64,000 bases of DNA from Rhizaria sp. SCN 62-66. Taxonomy: Eukaryota. The translations under genes were made by a program, and so were the position numbers. Of the stretch, positions 25,167 through 37,100 are shown one piece after another (positions within the stretch are counted from its first letter, which is position 1; every line of letters starts with the position of its first letter). The stretch covers positions 124,001-188,000 of the forward strand of contig MEDY01000005.1 in assembly GCA_001724265.1 (NCBI GenBank), in the 5' to 3' direction. The notes under the pieces are model-generated. The model had not been told where the DNA came from, searched no databases, and was given only the letters and a program-made list of their open reading frames with translations.

Positions 25167-27358
25167 AACCCGTGACCGTGACCGAGATAACCGTGGGCGT
25201 GACCGTACGCAGGGACGACCGGCCCGGCCATTTGCTGAGGCACCACAGTCCCCTGCGGCGGCATGCCAGCGGCGGCGGCGGCCGCAGCGGCGGCGGCGGC
25301 GGCCACGGCCGTTGCCACCGCAGTCGGATCGCTCGCTGGCACAGGCGCAGGCTCAGGCGCAGGCGCTGGTGAGGCTGCTGCTGAAGGTGAAGATGTGGCT
25401 GTGGACGCCCCCGCGATGTGCGCGGTCTGCGCGGCGGCAATAGCGGCGTTGTCGTTGCCGAGCTCGCGCAAGCGCACCACCTCGGCGATGGACGCCGCCA
25501 TGGCAACAGCATTCGGCGGCCGAGTCTGCGACTGCGAGTCCGAGCGCGAGCTCTCGACCTGCTCCGGCTTCTGCTGCTGCTGCGGCGGCGGCGGCTTCTG
25601 GGGGTAGTACGGGGCAGCGTCGCTGTTCAGACTGGAGCCCAGACTGGAGCCAGGAGCGGGCGGCGCCGGCGCGTCAGTCGGCGCGGCCACATGAACAGGC
25701 GCATGCACAGGCACAGACGCTGTCGCGGGCGCGGGCGCAGTCACGGGGCCGGCGGCGGCGGCGGCGACCGTGGCCTCTGCCCTGCGCGCGGCCTCGACCA
25801 CGACGGCGGCGACGCGGGCCGCCGCCCCGCCTGCGACCGCGGCCGCAGCGAGCGCCGCGCCGTGGTCGATCCCGGCGATGGTCTCGCGCGCCTCGGCCGC
25901 CACGCGCGCCGCCGACGTTGACGCGACGCTCGCGGCCGCCACAAAGGCCTTGGCGTGCAGCGCGGCCGCAGCCGCAGCCTCGCTCGCGGGGTCCACCGCG
26001 CGCGCGGGGACGGCGATGCCTGCAGTCGCAGCTGCCACCGTGGCCGTGGTCGCGGCGGCCGCGGCGGCCTTGGCCTAGTCCTCGGCGGCCGCGGCGGCGT
26101 CAGCGATGGCGGCGACGACGACGGCGGCGGCGTGCGACGCGACAGCCGCCGTCGTGGCCTCGTCATCGTCCTCGTCCTCGTCCTCGAGGTCCTCAGCAGC
26201 AGCGGCAGCGGCGCCGGCAGAGGACAAGGAAGTCACTGCGGATACGGCGGCGGAGGCGGCAGGCGCGGCCGAGAATGACGCGAGCGACGCGGCCGACTGG
26301 AACGCGCCCGCGTAGGTCGTCGCGGTTGTCGCGGCCTCGACCAACGACGCGACGTAGCGGGCCGCGATCGCAGTCGACTCGCTGTCCGGCGTGTACTCGA
26401 ACTCCTCCTCCAGAGGCTGAGGCTGCTGCTGCGCTAGTTGCTGCTCCAGAGGCTGAGACGGTTCAGGCTTCTCCTGTTGCTGAGGCAGGTTCTCCTCGTG
26501 ATGCTGCTCTTGCTCATAGTACTGCTCCTTGTCCTGATCCTGAGCCTTAGCCTGAGGCTGACCCTGGGGCTGAAGCTGAGGTTGAGGCTGAAGCTGTTCC
26601 TGCTGCACCTTGATCTGCTGCGCCAACTGGTCCTGCTGCAATTGCTGCTGTTGCTGCTGCTGCCAGTGCTGCTTCTGCAGCTGCGCCTGCTCCTGCTTGT
26701 GCTGCTGCTGGAGCTGCACCTGTTGCTGCACCTGTTGCTGTTGCTGCTGCTGGTGCTGCTTCTGCTTCTGCTGGAGCTGCTGGCGCGTGCGCTGTAACTG
26801 GAGCTGCAGCTGCATTTGCTGCAACTTGAGCAGCTGTTCTTGGAGCTCTTGCTCCTGCTGCAGCAGCGCCTCCTCGTCATCCGGCTCCTCCTGCTCCTGT
26901 CCCTGTTGAGGTTGCTGCGACTGCGCCCGCCACGGCTGAGGCAAGGCGCCGCCCATCGACGCGACGGCGGGGACTTTAGTCACCGGCAGTGGCATGCCAG
27001 CCGTCGCGAGAAATCCCATGCCCGAGCCCGCGCCCGCGCTGCCCATCGCGCTGCCCATCACGCCGCCCATCACGCCGCCCATCGCGCCCGCCAGAGCGGG
27101 GCCGGGCTGCGCCGCGGCGTCGCAAAAGGAGTTGGTGCTGCTGTAGCTGCTGTTGCTGGCGTCGCTGTGCATGCTCGCGTTGAGGTCGTCGTACGGCTCC
27201 AGCGGCGGCGGGCCGGCGTCCTCGCCTTCGTCGCCGCCGACGCGGTGGTTCGAGGTCACGCTCGACAGCGCGCAAGTGTCGACAGGCGCAGCGGCCGCGG
27301 AGGCCGCTGTCTCCGCAGCCGTTGCGCCGGCGCCAGGGGGCGCAGTAGTCGAGAGCAT
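23642..27358 (-). CDS. Uncharacterised Gln/Ala/Ser-rich low-complexity protein, ~1238 aa with two in-frame TAG codons
   Basis: ORF-track pieces 26075-27373, 23957-26038 and 23642-23845 are in one frame and separated only by TAG (26075-26077, 23957-23959). Uniform GC-rich coding texture until TGA 23642, followed by AT-rich sequence. Start codon uncertain. Confidence 0.72.
25083..25163. repeat. Interrupted (CTG)n/(AGC)n microsatellite encoding a poly-Ser tract on the minus strand
   Basis: Direct reading: about 27 trinucleotide units with one interruption. Confidence 0.9.
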
Positions 27359-29152
27359 GATAGGCGCTGGCAAGTGCGGGTATGTGCGAAGTGAGTGAGA
27401 TTGTGGTGCAGGCTGAGGCTCAGACCGAGTAGGTCAGATTTGCTGTTGATGACAGACGTTAGATGAAGGGGGAATACATACGAAACGAAGAGGAAAGATC
27501 GTTAAAAAGAGCTGTAAAAGGAAGAGCCATTTGTAGACAGGGTGGATGAAAATTGTGTCATTTGGAGAAGAAAAGACCCAATGTAACACAGTTTTGGCGT
27601 CGGAGCACAAGGTGAAGCCGTTTGGGAATCGGCCTTGAGACGCGAGATGGATGACACAAGCGTACCTAAGATGCAAGAGCTATGCAAGCGGACACTTAAC
27701 GGAGAGTTCGCAGTGATTACGCGCAGAGAGCGCGAGGGATGACCGCTAAGACTGAGGGAGAGTCGCTCGAAGAGATGAAATTGCACGTGGAGAGATTACC
27801 TTCTGGAGGGAGTCGGGAGTGAAAGCTGGTTGAGGTACAAGAACAAAGATCTAGAAGCTATGAGCTACCGAACCAATAGATTACAACATTTTAATCGAAA
27901 AATTCCAGCGGTAGCAGACAACCCCTGAATATACAAAGCGTAAATGGTCGGCGCATTCAAAGCCGACGACTTCAAGGGCAGACTCTTGTTGCGACGCTTA
28001 GGAGCCAGCGCAGTCGGCATTCTTGCGTAATAAGAAGAAAAAAATACCATTCAAATAAAGAACGTATTTAATAAATCCTAATATAACTCGGACTTTAGTC
28101 AGAAACGCTCTAGAAGCTGACCTTGCACTCCTTTTGCATCTCGCCAATCCACTCGTCGCTCGAGCCATCCCAGCGCCATTTCGGGCCAAGGCCAGCGCGC
28201 GGTGAAAAACCAGCGGCATGAAGAGGTTAATCATTTTCTTCGTCGTTTAATTTAAATTATATAGATGAAAGCATAAATTTGCATTATTTTATTACATTTT
28301 CCAACTTGAAATTTGCATATATGATACGCAATACTTCGCGATTCCCAACTTGAACAGGGCTTCGATCGCCTTCTGAGCGCACGCTTCAGCCGCAATTCCC
28401 GTTCTTACAGCCCCTAAAAACAAAAACTTTTATTTTTCACAGCGTCATTAAGTAGTATTATGCGTTACAAATGCTATACATGTGTTGTACACCATCTTGC
28501 GCTTTCTCTGGGGCCAAATTTCCGGTGAAAATGTCGTCCAATAGCGGTTCCTCGCGAAACCGAGGTCCGCGGCAGCGCAGTCAGTCACGTTATAACATAC
28601 AAAAGCAATATTAGTGCTATATTTTTGCACTTAAATGCATAACAACTCCAAAAAATCCTAAAAGATGATCTCACGATTGCGCAGAGCCACGCAAAGTTGC
28701 ATACATACAATATTGCGCGCGTGCGAGTCGCTCACTTGAAGCACTTGAAAAAAAATGACAACAGTCACAAACTCAACTGAGTGCTAAAACTGCGTTCTTG
28801 CTAAGTAGCCCTTTCTTAAGTGACACGTCTGTCTTTATTTGACAAGTACATGTACTTACACATGCTGGCACACGTTACACTGTGCAACACCACACTGAAG
28901 AACGCACAAGGGCATCATTGAACACAAAAAGTCATGTATTAACATGTCTAAGTCACATGAATTATTCTTTACTATTTATTATCAACAAATATATCCATAA
29001 TAATATCTACCAAACATCAAATCACTCTCCAACCACGCAGATACTCTGCATTTTGCTCCTCGTCATCGATTAATGTCAACGAGGCAGATCGCTGTGCGGC
29101 TCTATTGCCACCAAGTCTTATGACAGTGGCTCTGCCATGACATGCCTTACGC

Positions 29153-30089
29153 TCAGTACTGACCCGACTTAATCATCTCGGCCTGGAACTGGGTGACGTC
29201 GCAGCTGCGCATGGGCTTGCGCTCCACGCGCTCGTGCGGCATCTGCGTCTGCCAGCCGTACTCCTGAACAAGCGAACAGAACAAAAGCGAAGATATATCA
29301 ATATTATGAAGGTTTTGTTAAATAAAAATAGTATTTTGGAGCAATTCAATAGAAAAATCATATAGTGTAGTCAGTAATAGAAAAGGCGGCTTGAAAATAA
29401 AGCTTAAAATCAAATATCAACATATTCGAAAGATCTCTTTCGTAATTTGCACACACACAGTGGCATTTCATGCTTGACGTACTTGGCTGGTGGTGACTGG
29501 GGTGCGGTACTTCTCGTGGGGGCCAAAGCGCACGGTGGTGTTCTTGTCCTTAAGCGCGGTCATGGCGCCGTGCGAGGTGAACTCGGTCGCTGCGGCGGGC
29601 TCGATCTTGGCCATGGCCTCGCGCACCTCCTCCGCCAGCGCGCTGAACTGCTCGGCGTTGACGTACTTGGTCTCGGAGCGGAAGCCAGAGCCCGCGAGCG
29701 GGGGCAGCGCGGCGCCGCGCAGCTCAACGAGGCGGAGGAACTCGCGCACCTCGATCTCCGGCGGCTCGCGGCCGTAGGTCTGGATCAAGAGGGGGCGAAT
29801 GTCGTCGCCACAGAGCAGGCCGTCTTTGCGGTGGCGCTGCGAGAAGGCCGCGAATGCCGCCGCAAGCTGCGCGGGGGATAGGTCGGAGATGTTCAGCGTC
29901 GTGCGCAGGTGCGGGCTCATCGTGTACTCGGGGCCTAAGAGCGATCATAGGACAAAGACGGCAGAGAGCGACAGAGAGAGAGAGTTAGGAGTGAGCTTGG
30001 AAGTTCGAGAGCAGAGTCAATTGAAGCGTCGAGCATTGTTCTGGTTGGTATAATGACGGACCAAGGGAGGTAAGACCAAAGAAGTTCAT
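29153..30089 (-). CDS. TEX49/SPMIP11-like ciliary microtubule-inner-protein candidate with a central EF-hand-like region (196 aa; exons 30089-30062, 29934-29483, 29263-29153)
   Basis: Spliced protein MNFFGLTSLG|PEYTMSPH...GPHEKYRTPVTTSQ|EYGWQ...KPMRSCDVTQFQAEMI. The N-terminal FFGLxxLG and the PxxxYRxPxTxxQxYGW motif resemble the TEX49 family as I recall it. Donors GTCCGT and GTACGT. Stop TGA. Confidence 0.65.
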
Positions 30090-30642
30090 TTTCGGAAGGT
30101 GAAAAACGAGGAAATCGTTGCTTGTACCAGGGGGCTCGACGGTGGAGGGTGTACTGGGCGAAAAAGACGGGGGAAGCTGGAGGTGTATGAGAAGGGCAAG
30201 TGAGGTGAGAGCAGACAGGAATAATGAGCGGTACACACATGTTTCAGAAATGCTTAAAAAAGAAAAAGACTGCACTGTAGATTTTTGATCCCTAATGAGT
30301 TTCATTATGCAGTTTCACGGTCATGTGAAGGCGCTGGAGATCAAAACAAATCGGGGCAAGGCGGCTCAAAAAGTAACCGTTTAAGCGCAGAAGCACAGTC
30401 ACAATCTCTCTAACTCACAAACAAGTAGTATATACCACGTGATCAACGCCTTTAAGATTAAAAACAAACTATGTTGTTTATTCTTGATTTTTAACTATAG
30501 TGGTTAAGATATAGTCATAAACTCAAGCATATCACTGTATATCTGGCCATATGTATGCAATTAGCACTACAAAGCACAGCGGCGAAGTGAAGCCGTCAAA
30601 ACAACACGGGGGGCAAAGTGACAGAGTATTCTTTGTGCGTCC

Positions 30643-31636
30643 TCAATTGTCCCAGCGCTTCTTGCGGCGCATAGTGTTTCCGTCAGCACCGGCACCAGCG
30701 CTCGCGCTGCCTGCGTTCGCGCAGTTGCTGCTGTTGCTGTTGCTACTGTTGTAGCCGCCGTCACGGTCACTCCGATCACGCGCGTTACCCGCGTTGCTCG
30801 CGCTAGAGTTGGCGATGGTATTGCCCTTATTGAGAGCAATCGATTCGTTGATGGCCTTCAGACGTGCCAGCGCCTCCGCAACCGCATCGCTCGCACTGCT
30901 CGCGCCCGCACTGCTCGCGCTGGCAGCTGCGCCAGAGCCAGAGCCAACGCCACCGCTAGCAATACTCGCATTCGCGCCAGCAGTCACATTCGCCGTCGTG
31001 TTGGCGCCGCCCGCTTTGTTCTTTTGCCACTCGATGAGCTTGGGCGCGACGCCGCCCTTGCTCTCAGCCGCGCTCAACAGCATGGCCCAGAGCTCCTCGG
31101 TCAGCTCGCGCGCGGCCGCGGCGCCCATGAAACCCGTCAAGTTGACCTGGAGATCGTGAGTGTAGGAAATAACAAAAGCAAGAGAATACAAAGTTTTGTT
31201 AGTTTTACTGCGTGTTTTTGGTACTATGTCTTAGTTTAACATCAAGAAAATTAAACAAAAACAATGCCAAGGGGAGCGCAAGAACAAGAATAATAGTTCA
31301 ACGTATAAAGTATCGAGAGCGATTACGACAACGCACCTGAATGTCCTTGGCGTCAGGTCCGGTCGCCTTGACCGAGGAGGAGGCGGCGGCCGACGCAGCG
31401 CAGGGCTGTTCGAGGAGGTTGAAGATGAGCGAGACAATAACCTCGTCCTCAAGCCCCAGCAGCTCGGTAACGCGCGCGGCAACCCAGGGCCGCAGGAGCG
31501 GTACCGCGACCTTCTTGAGGTCCACGGGCCGCGCGTAGATGGCGGGGAAAGAGAGCGTTTGCTGGAGCTTCTTGGACTTGTCGCCGAAGCGCGCGTCCTG
31601 CTCAAGCGAGGCACCGCGGAAGGCAATGCCGGACAT
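30643..31636 (-). CDS. PWI-domain splicing factor (SRRM1/SRm160-like N-terminus), short form (267 aa; exons 31636-31337, 31146-30643)
   Basis: FRGASLEQDARFGDK...VDLKKVAVPLLRPWVAARVTELLGLEDEVIV...PDAKDIQ|VNLTGFM...ELWAMLLSA. GTGCGT...CAG intron. Stop TGA. Confidence 0.9.
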
Positions 31637-32323
31637 GAGATTGCAGTGGGTGGGGCGTAGGGGCGAACTGTGGCGGGTTGTGGCGAGTTTGGGCGAGTGG
31701 GGGGAGAGCTGTGAAGGGGTGCTCTCAGTCTGATGAAAGACTTGTGGTGGGAGAGAAAAGAGCCTGGATCGGGGGGATAGTAAGGCGAGGACAAATGAAG
31801 TTATAATGAGTGCAATATCGGTCAATCAAAGTATTCTTTACGCACAAATACAGAGTGATACGGTCTGTGCAGATCAAGTGAGAGAGTGAAAGCGGGGAAG
31901 CGGCAACGGATGAGAGCGACGGGTCAAGTGAAGAGTGGAATGATGGCGTTGAAAGGGTTAAAGTAGGATTGAAGAAATGCTGGAATTTGTCAAATGAGCA
32001 AGCACTCTTTGTGAGTACTGCTATATTATCAATTTTGACGCTGACGATGGGACTGGTGCAAGCGACCAGTGTGAAACAGTCGCGTCGCCCAGCCGCAACG
32101 GATGCCTCTCACCGTGCAACCCAAAGCAGTCTTTGTTGATTGCCTTAACAACGCTAAAACTACCTGCTGATGGGTTTTTTATGTGAAATTCATATTTTTT
32201 ACACACAAATCACACTTATCTGTCTTAAACTTTATTTCTACGCCCCTCAATTCATGCATTCGGCGATTCAGGCCGCGGCACAGCAACTCGTCTCGAAAAG
32301 ACGCTGTCTTCCGCACTCTTCCT

Positions 32324-33512
32324 ATGACTTCTCTCGTCGCATCAATCGGCCGCACGTGGGCGCGCTACAACGAGCTCTGCATTACACGTCCCCTTACCAC
32401 CAAGGGTCTCACCGGTGGCTTTCTCTTTAGCACCGGAGACCTCATTGCGCAGAAGCTCGACGGTACTCTCGCAAGGTACGGCCTTTCTGCTCTGCTCCCT
32501 CCCAAGCAAGAATAATATATTCAGATCGGCATTGGAGCACGATATTACTTTGCTCTGCTCTCTTTTCTATAGGCGCCGTGTGTTTTTATTCTCCTAACCT
32601 CTTCGTGACCTTCCAAAACTTCCCCAAATTGCCCGCTCTGCTCCTCTCACCCCTCTCGCTCTCGCTATGCCTCCTATGCCTCCCTTGCTTGCTCCTCCCA
32701 GCCCCTCCGGCTACGACTATCGCCGCACGCTCAAAGCTTTTATGTGGAACGCGGTGATCTACACGCCGCTGGGCCACCACTGGTACTGCACCGTGCTCCC
32801 GCGCGTGTTCGCGCGCGCGGCCAACGGCGGCACGGGCACACTGGCCACCGCCGGCAAAGTCGCGCTGGACCAGACCGTGTTCGGCCCGCTTGTAATTGCC
32901 GGCTACATGACCTACTCCACCGTCACGCGCGGCGGCGACTGGGCCGCCGTCAAGGCGCGCTTCAACGAGGCCTACACTGACATTCTCGTCGCCAACTGGA
33001 TGGTCTGGCCCGCGCTGCAGATGATCAACCTCAAGTTCGTGCCGCTGCAGCTGCAGATCCTGGTCATGAACACCGCCGTCGTCGGCTGGAGCACCTTCCT
33101 CGCGCTTTCCGTCAGCAAGTCCGCCGTCCCCGTCGACGGCGCCGCGGCCAAGCCCGACGCCAAGGCTCTGAACGCCAACGCGATCAGCACCGGTGGCGAC
33201 AGCGTCACTCAGAACGTCTCGGTGAGCGCCGATACCGGCGCAGCCGCGGAAAACGACCTGGCGCCGTCGACGATGAGCGTGAGCGTGGGCGGCAGAGCGG
33301 TGGCGCTGCACCAGCACACCGACTTCGCGCCGGTTCCGCGCACGCAGTTCGAGAAGAGCATGCTGCTCGAGGCCGCCGCCGGCGTTCCTGCGGGCGCAAA
33401 GGCGCTCATCAACATCAACAGTGCGCACGGACACGCGCACGCGGGCAGTGGCGCGCACGGGCACGCGAGAGAGTTCGCCATTGTCGGCACCGACAAGATC
33501 AAGAGCAAGTGA
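32324..33512 (+). CDS. Mpv17/PMP22 family membrane protein (320 aa; exons 32324-32475, 32702-33512)
   Basis: RPLTTKGLT...GDLIAQ, YDYRRT, HHWY, KVALDQTVFGP, NWMVWPALQMINLKFVPLQLQILVMN...W...L. GTACGG...CAG intron. Stop TGA. Confidence 0.93.
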
Positions 33513-34137
33513 GTGCGTGATAAAAGGGTCGGGTTGAGTTATAACGAGCTCAACTTGAAGAGTGAGATGGCTTCTGATCTGAAATTGTGACAACACGGGT
33601 GGCTTGCAATATCGCTTATATAGCTCAGTCGTGCATTATTTAGATCTCGGGCCTGTATTTTAATCATATTTAGACCATTTCTTTTATCATAGTGTCTTTA
33701 CTTAGCGTACTTTGGCGCAGCCAGCCAGCTATGGCGGCGGCTTGCCGCCGGTGATGCATCGGCCAAAGGGAAGTATACATACAACATTTAAAAAAAAAAA
33801 AAAAAATCGCAACTTCATAACTTGGAGGTCTCTATAATTATGAATACACTTCTATAACTGACTACCTTGACACTTCTCAATGATCAGAAGTTTGCGACGA
33901 CTGGTGATTTTTTGCGAACCGTCTCTGAGCGGACAACAGCGACCATCGGCGAGAATCGAGAGCAAGCGCTCTGTCTGCTGCGGGGAATGGTCTTGTTTGT
34001 GTGCTTATGTTCGTCAATATCAAAATTAAGTGGACGGCGGGAGAAAATGTATCTTATATTTATTAAATTCTATTTGCTTATTTGCCCGCTTGCCTTTCTT
34101 ACTTCGTACCACGTGTTTACCGCAGACCGTTCCTTGC

Positions 34138-37100
34138 ATGGGCCGCCCGCAAGGCAAGTCGGGTTCTTCCTCTGGCAAGAGCAAGACCTCGGCCAAAGTC
34201 AGGAACAAGAACGCCAACAAGGCGAACCGGCACAAGTACACCCAGGCGAAGCAGGATCGTCGCAATGCTGAAGCGCGCGAAAACGTGCTGAGCACGGCGA
34301 TGAACGCCGAGTACGGCTACAGCGTCAACCTCAACGCCAACAGTAAGCACGCGAAGCGCATGCTCGCGCGGCAGCAGCGCAGGGCCGCGGCGGCCAAGGC
34401 GGACCGGCGCGCGGACGAGCGCAATGCGCCGGTGCGCCCTGAGGACGTGGGCGCCGTGCTGTCTGGCAAGACGCGCGCCACAGCCGTGTCCACGGTCGAC
34501 CCCAAGACGGGCAAGCTCGTCACCGCCGCCGCCGCCGTCATGACCGACGCTGACGCCGACGACGGGTCTGCGCACCGCGACAGCGGCCGCGGCAAGGGGA
34601 AGAAGACAGGCGCGCTGGCTGAGGCGCAGGAGATGCTGCGCAAGCAGGCCGAGCTTGAGCGCCGGCTCGCGATGAACGACGACGACGTCGACCTCTCCGA
34701 CTCGGCCTCCAACTCCGCCGACTCCGACTCGCAGTCCGGCTCCGATGACGACGACGACGAGGAGGAGGAGGAAGAGGACGGGGCCAGCAAGGCCGCGGCC
34801 CGCCGCCGCGCTCTGCTGGGCCCGTCTGCGTCTGACCTGGCGAGCTTCGAGGAGCGCGACAAGGCCAAGGCCGCCGCGGCCGCGGCCGAGCTGGCGAAGC
34901 AGAAGCAGCAGCAGCCAAAGAAGGGCAAGATGATCACGCCGCAGATGGCGGCGATGCTCAAGGCGCAGGGCCGCGACGCGCACCAGGAGGCCCGCGAGCG
35001 CGCCGAGAAGCAGGCCGCGGACAAGATCACGCGCGCCGCAAAGCACGCCGAGCTCCAGCGCAAGCGCGAGGAGACACGCAGGGAGGCGCAGAAGCGCCGC
35101 GACCGCCTCGCGGGGCTCATTGACAGCGACGACGAGGGCGGCAACGGCGATGACGACGATGACGAGGAGGACGACGAGGAAGAGGCGCTCAAGCGGTACG
35201 CAGACTACTTCTCGCGGCAGAAGGACCTCGAGGGCGCGCCGATGCTGGAGCTGGTGAAGCAGTACAAGCACCAGAAGGTGCTCGCGGCGGGCGAAGCGCG
35301 CCGCGAGGGTCGCGAGCCCGCGCCCGACTCGGACGCCAGCGACAACGACAGTGGCAGCGACAACAGTGAGGAGGACTACGATGAGGACGGCGAGGAAGGC
35401 AGTGAGATCGAGCTCGAGAGCAACAGCGACGACGACGGCGGCGACGACGACGGCACCAGTGTGTTCGGCGACCTGTCCTCTCCCGCCGCGGCCGCAGCTG
35501 CCGCCGCTGCTGCCGCCGCCCGCTCTGGCAGCAGCTCCAGTCTCAGCGCGGACGCGCTTTCGGGCCCTCTGAAGCGTGCGCCGAGCGGGACCAAGGCGAG
35601 TAAGCACGAGGACGAGGAGGTCGAGTCGCGGCTGTACGCGGTGCAGCGCCAGCGCGCGGCCGATGCCGCCGCCGCCGCGGCTGCCGCGACGACGGCCGCG
35701 CTGGGCGCGCGCAAACTCATGGTGCGGCGCGCCGACGGCACTTGGGTAGAGAAGGCCGACGAGCGGCACGTGGCCGACGCGCTTGCCCAGTCCGCGCCCG
35801 GTGGCGCCGCGCGGCCGGACCTGAGCGCGTACAAACGCGCGAGCGAGGAGGAGCGCGCGAAGCTGAGCCGGCAGATGAAGCGCGAGCACGAGCTGACGCA
35901 GCTGCGGAAGCGCATCGACGCGGGCGAGGACGTCGTCGGCAGCGATGACGAGGATGGGCTCATGCACTCGCGGCTGCGCGACCAGCTCGAGGAGCTCGAG
36001 GAGGCGACTCAGGAGAATGAGCACGTGACTGACGCGCTGGCCAAGGCGCGCGCGCTTGTCTCCGACGCCAAGCGCTCCAGCGGCAGCAAGGACGCCAGCA
36101 AGGACGCTGGCAAGGACAGTGGCAAGAAGGGCGGCAAGAGCAAGCGTCGCCGCGCCGGGTTCGAGGACGACGAGGCCGAGGCGGCGGCGATGTTCGCGGA
36201 CGACGACAGCGAGGCTGAGTACGACCCTGAGCGCGCCAATCCCGACGCTAACCTTGACGCCTCCGACAGCAACGACAGCGACGACGACGACGACGAAGAG
36301 GCCACCCGCGAAGAGGTTGCCCGCGCCATGGCGCTGCGCCGCTTCTCGGCCCGCACCGACGGCACCGACGGCGGCGCAGGCGGGCTCGACGCGGCGTCGC
36401 TGGCCATGATCGAGGCCGGCCGCCGCGCGGGCATCCCCGCTGAGGTCGTGCGCGCCGCCGCGGCCGAGCTGGCCGAGAAGCGTCTCGCAGCCAAGCTCAA
36501 GGCCGCGCGTATTGCGCGCCTCCGTCAGGTACGCAAACAAAGATATCGCATTGTAATGTGCTTTTTACTATGATATTTGATATATTCATTTACCGCATTA
36601 CTTATTTATTTTTACATTCTAATTTTATCACATATCACTCACATATCATTCTTCTATATTCTTTTTTTGTGCTTTTTAGGTTCAACTCGTTCTGGCGGAG
36701 CTGTGCGAGGAGGTTCTCTCGAACCCCGAAAAGTACCTGGCTGCGGGCCACGGCGACGCGCTGCTGGACCTGTGCCGCGACTCGGACCCGGCGGCGCAGC
36801 AGCTGGCGATGACGTCGCTGACGCAGGTGCTCATCGACGTGATCCCCGGCTACCGCATCAAGCTGCCGACGAAGCAGCAGCTGGCGCAGGAGCAGAAGCT
36901 TGGCCACCGCATCTCGCGCGACGTGCAGAAGAACCGCGCGTTCGAGAAGTCGCTGGTGACAACGTACGGCAAGCTCGTCTCGCTGCTGCGCGTGCGCACG
37001 CGCCGCGCCATGACGGGCGTGCACGCGCGCAGCCTCGAGCGCCAACGCGCGACGGCGCTCGCTAAGGGCAAGAGCACGGCGCACATCAAGGACGATGGCG

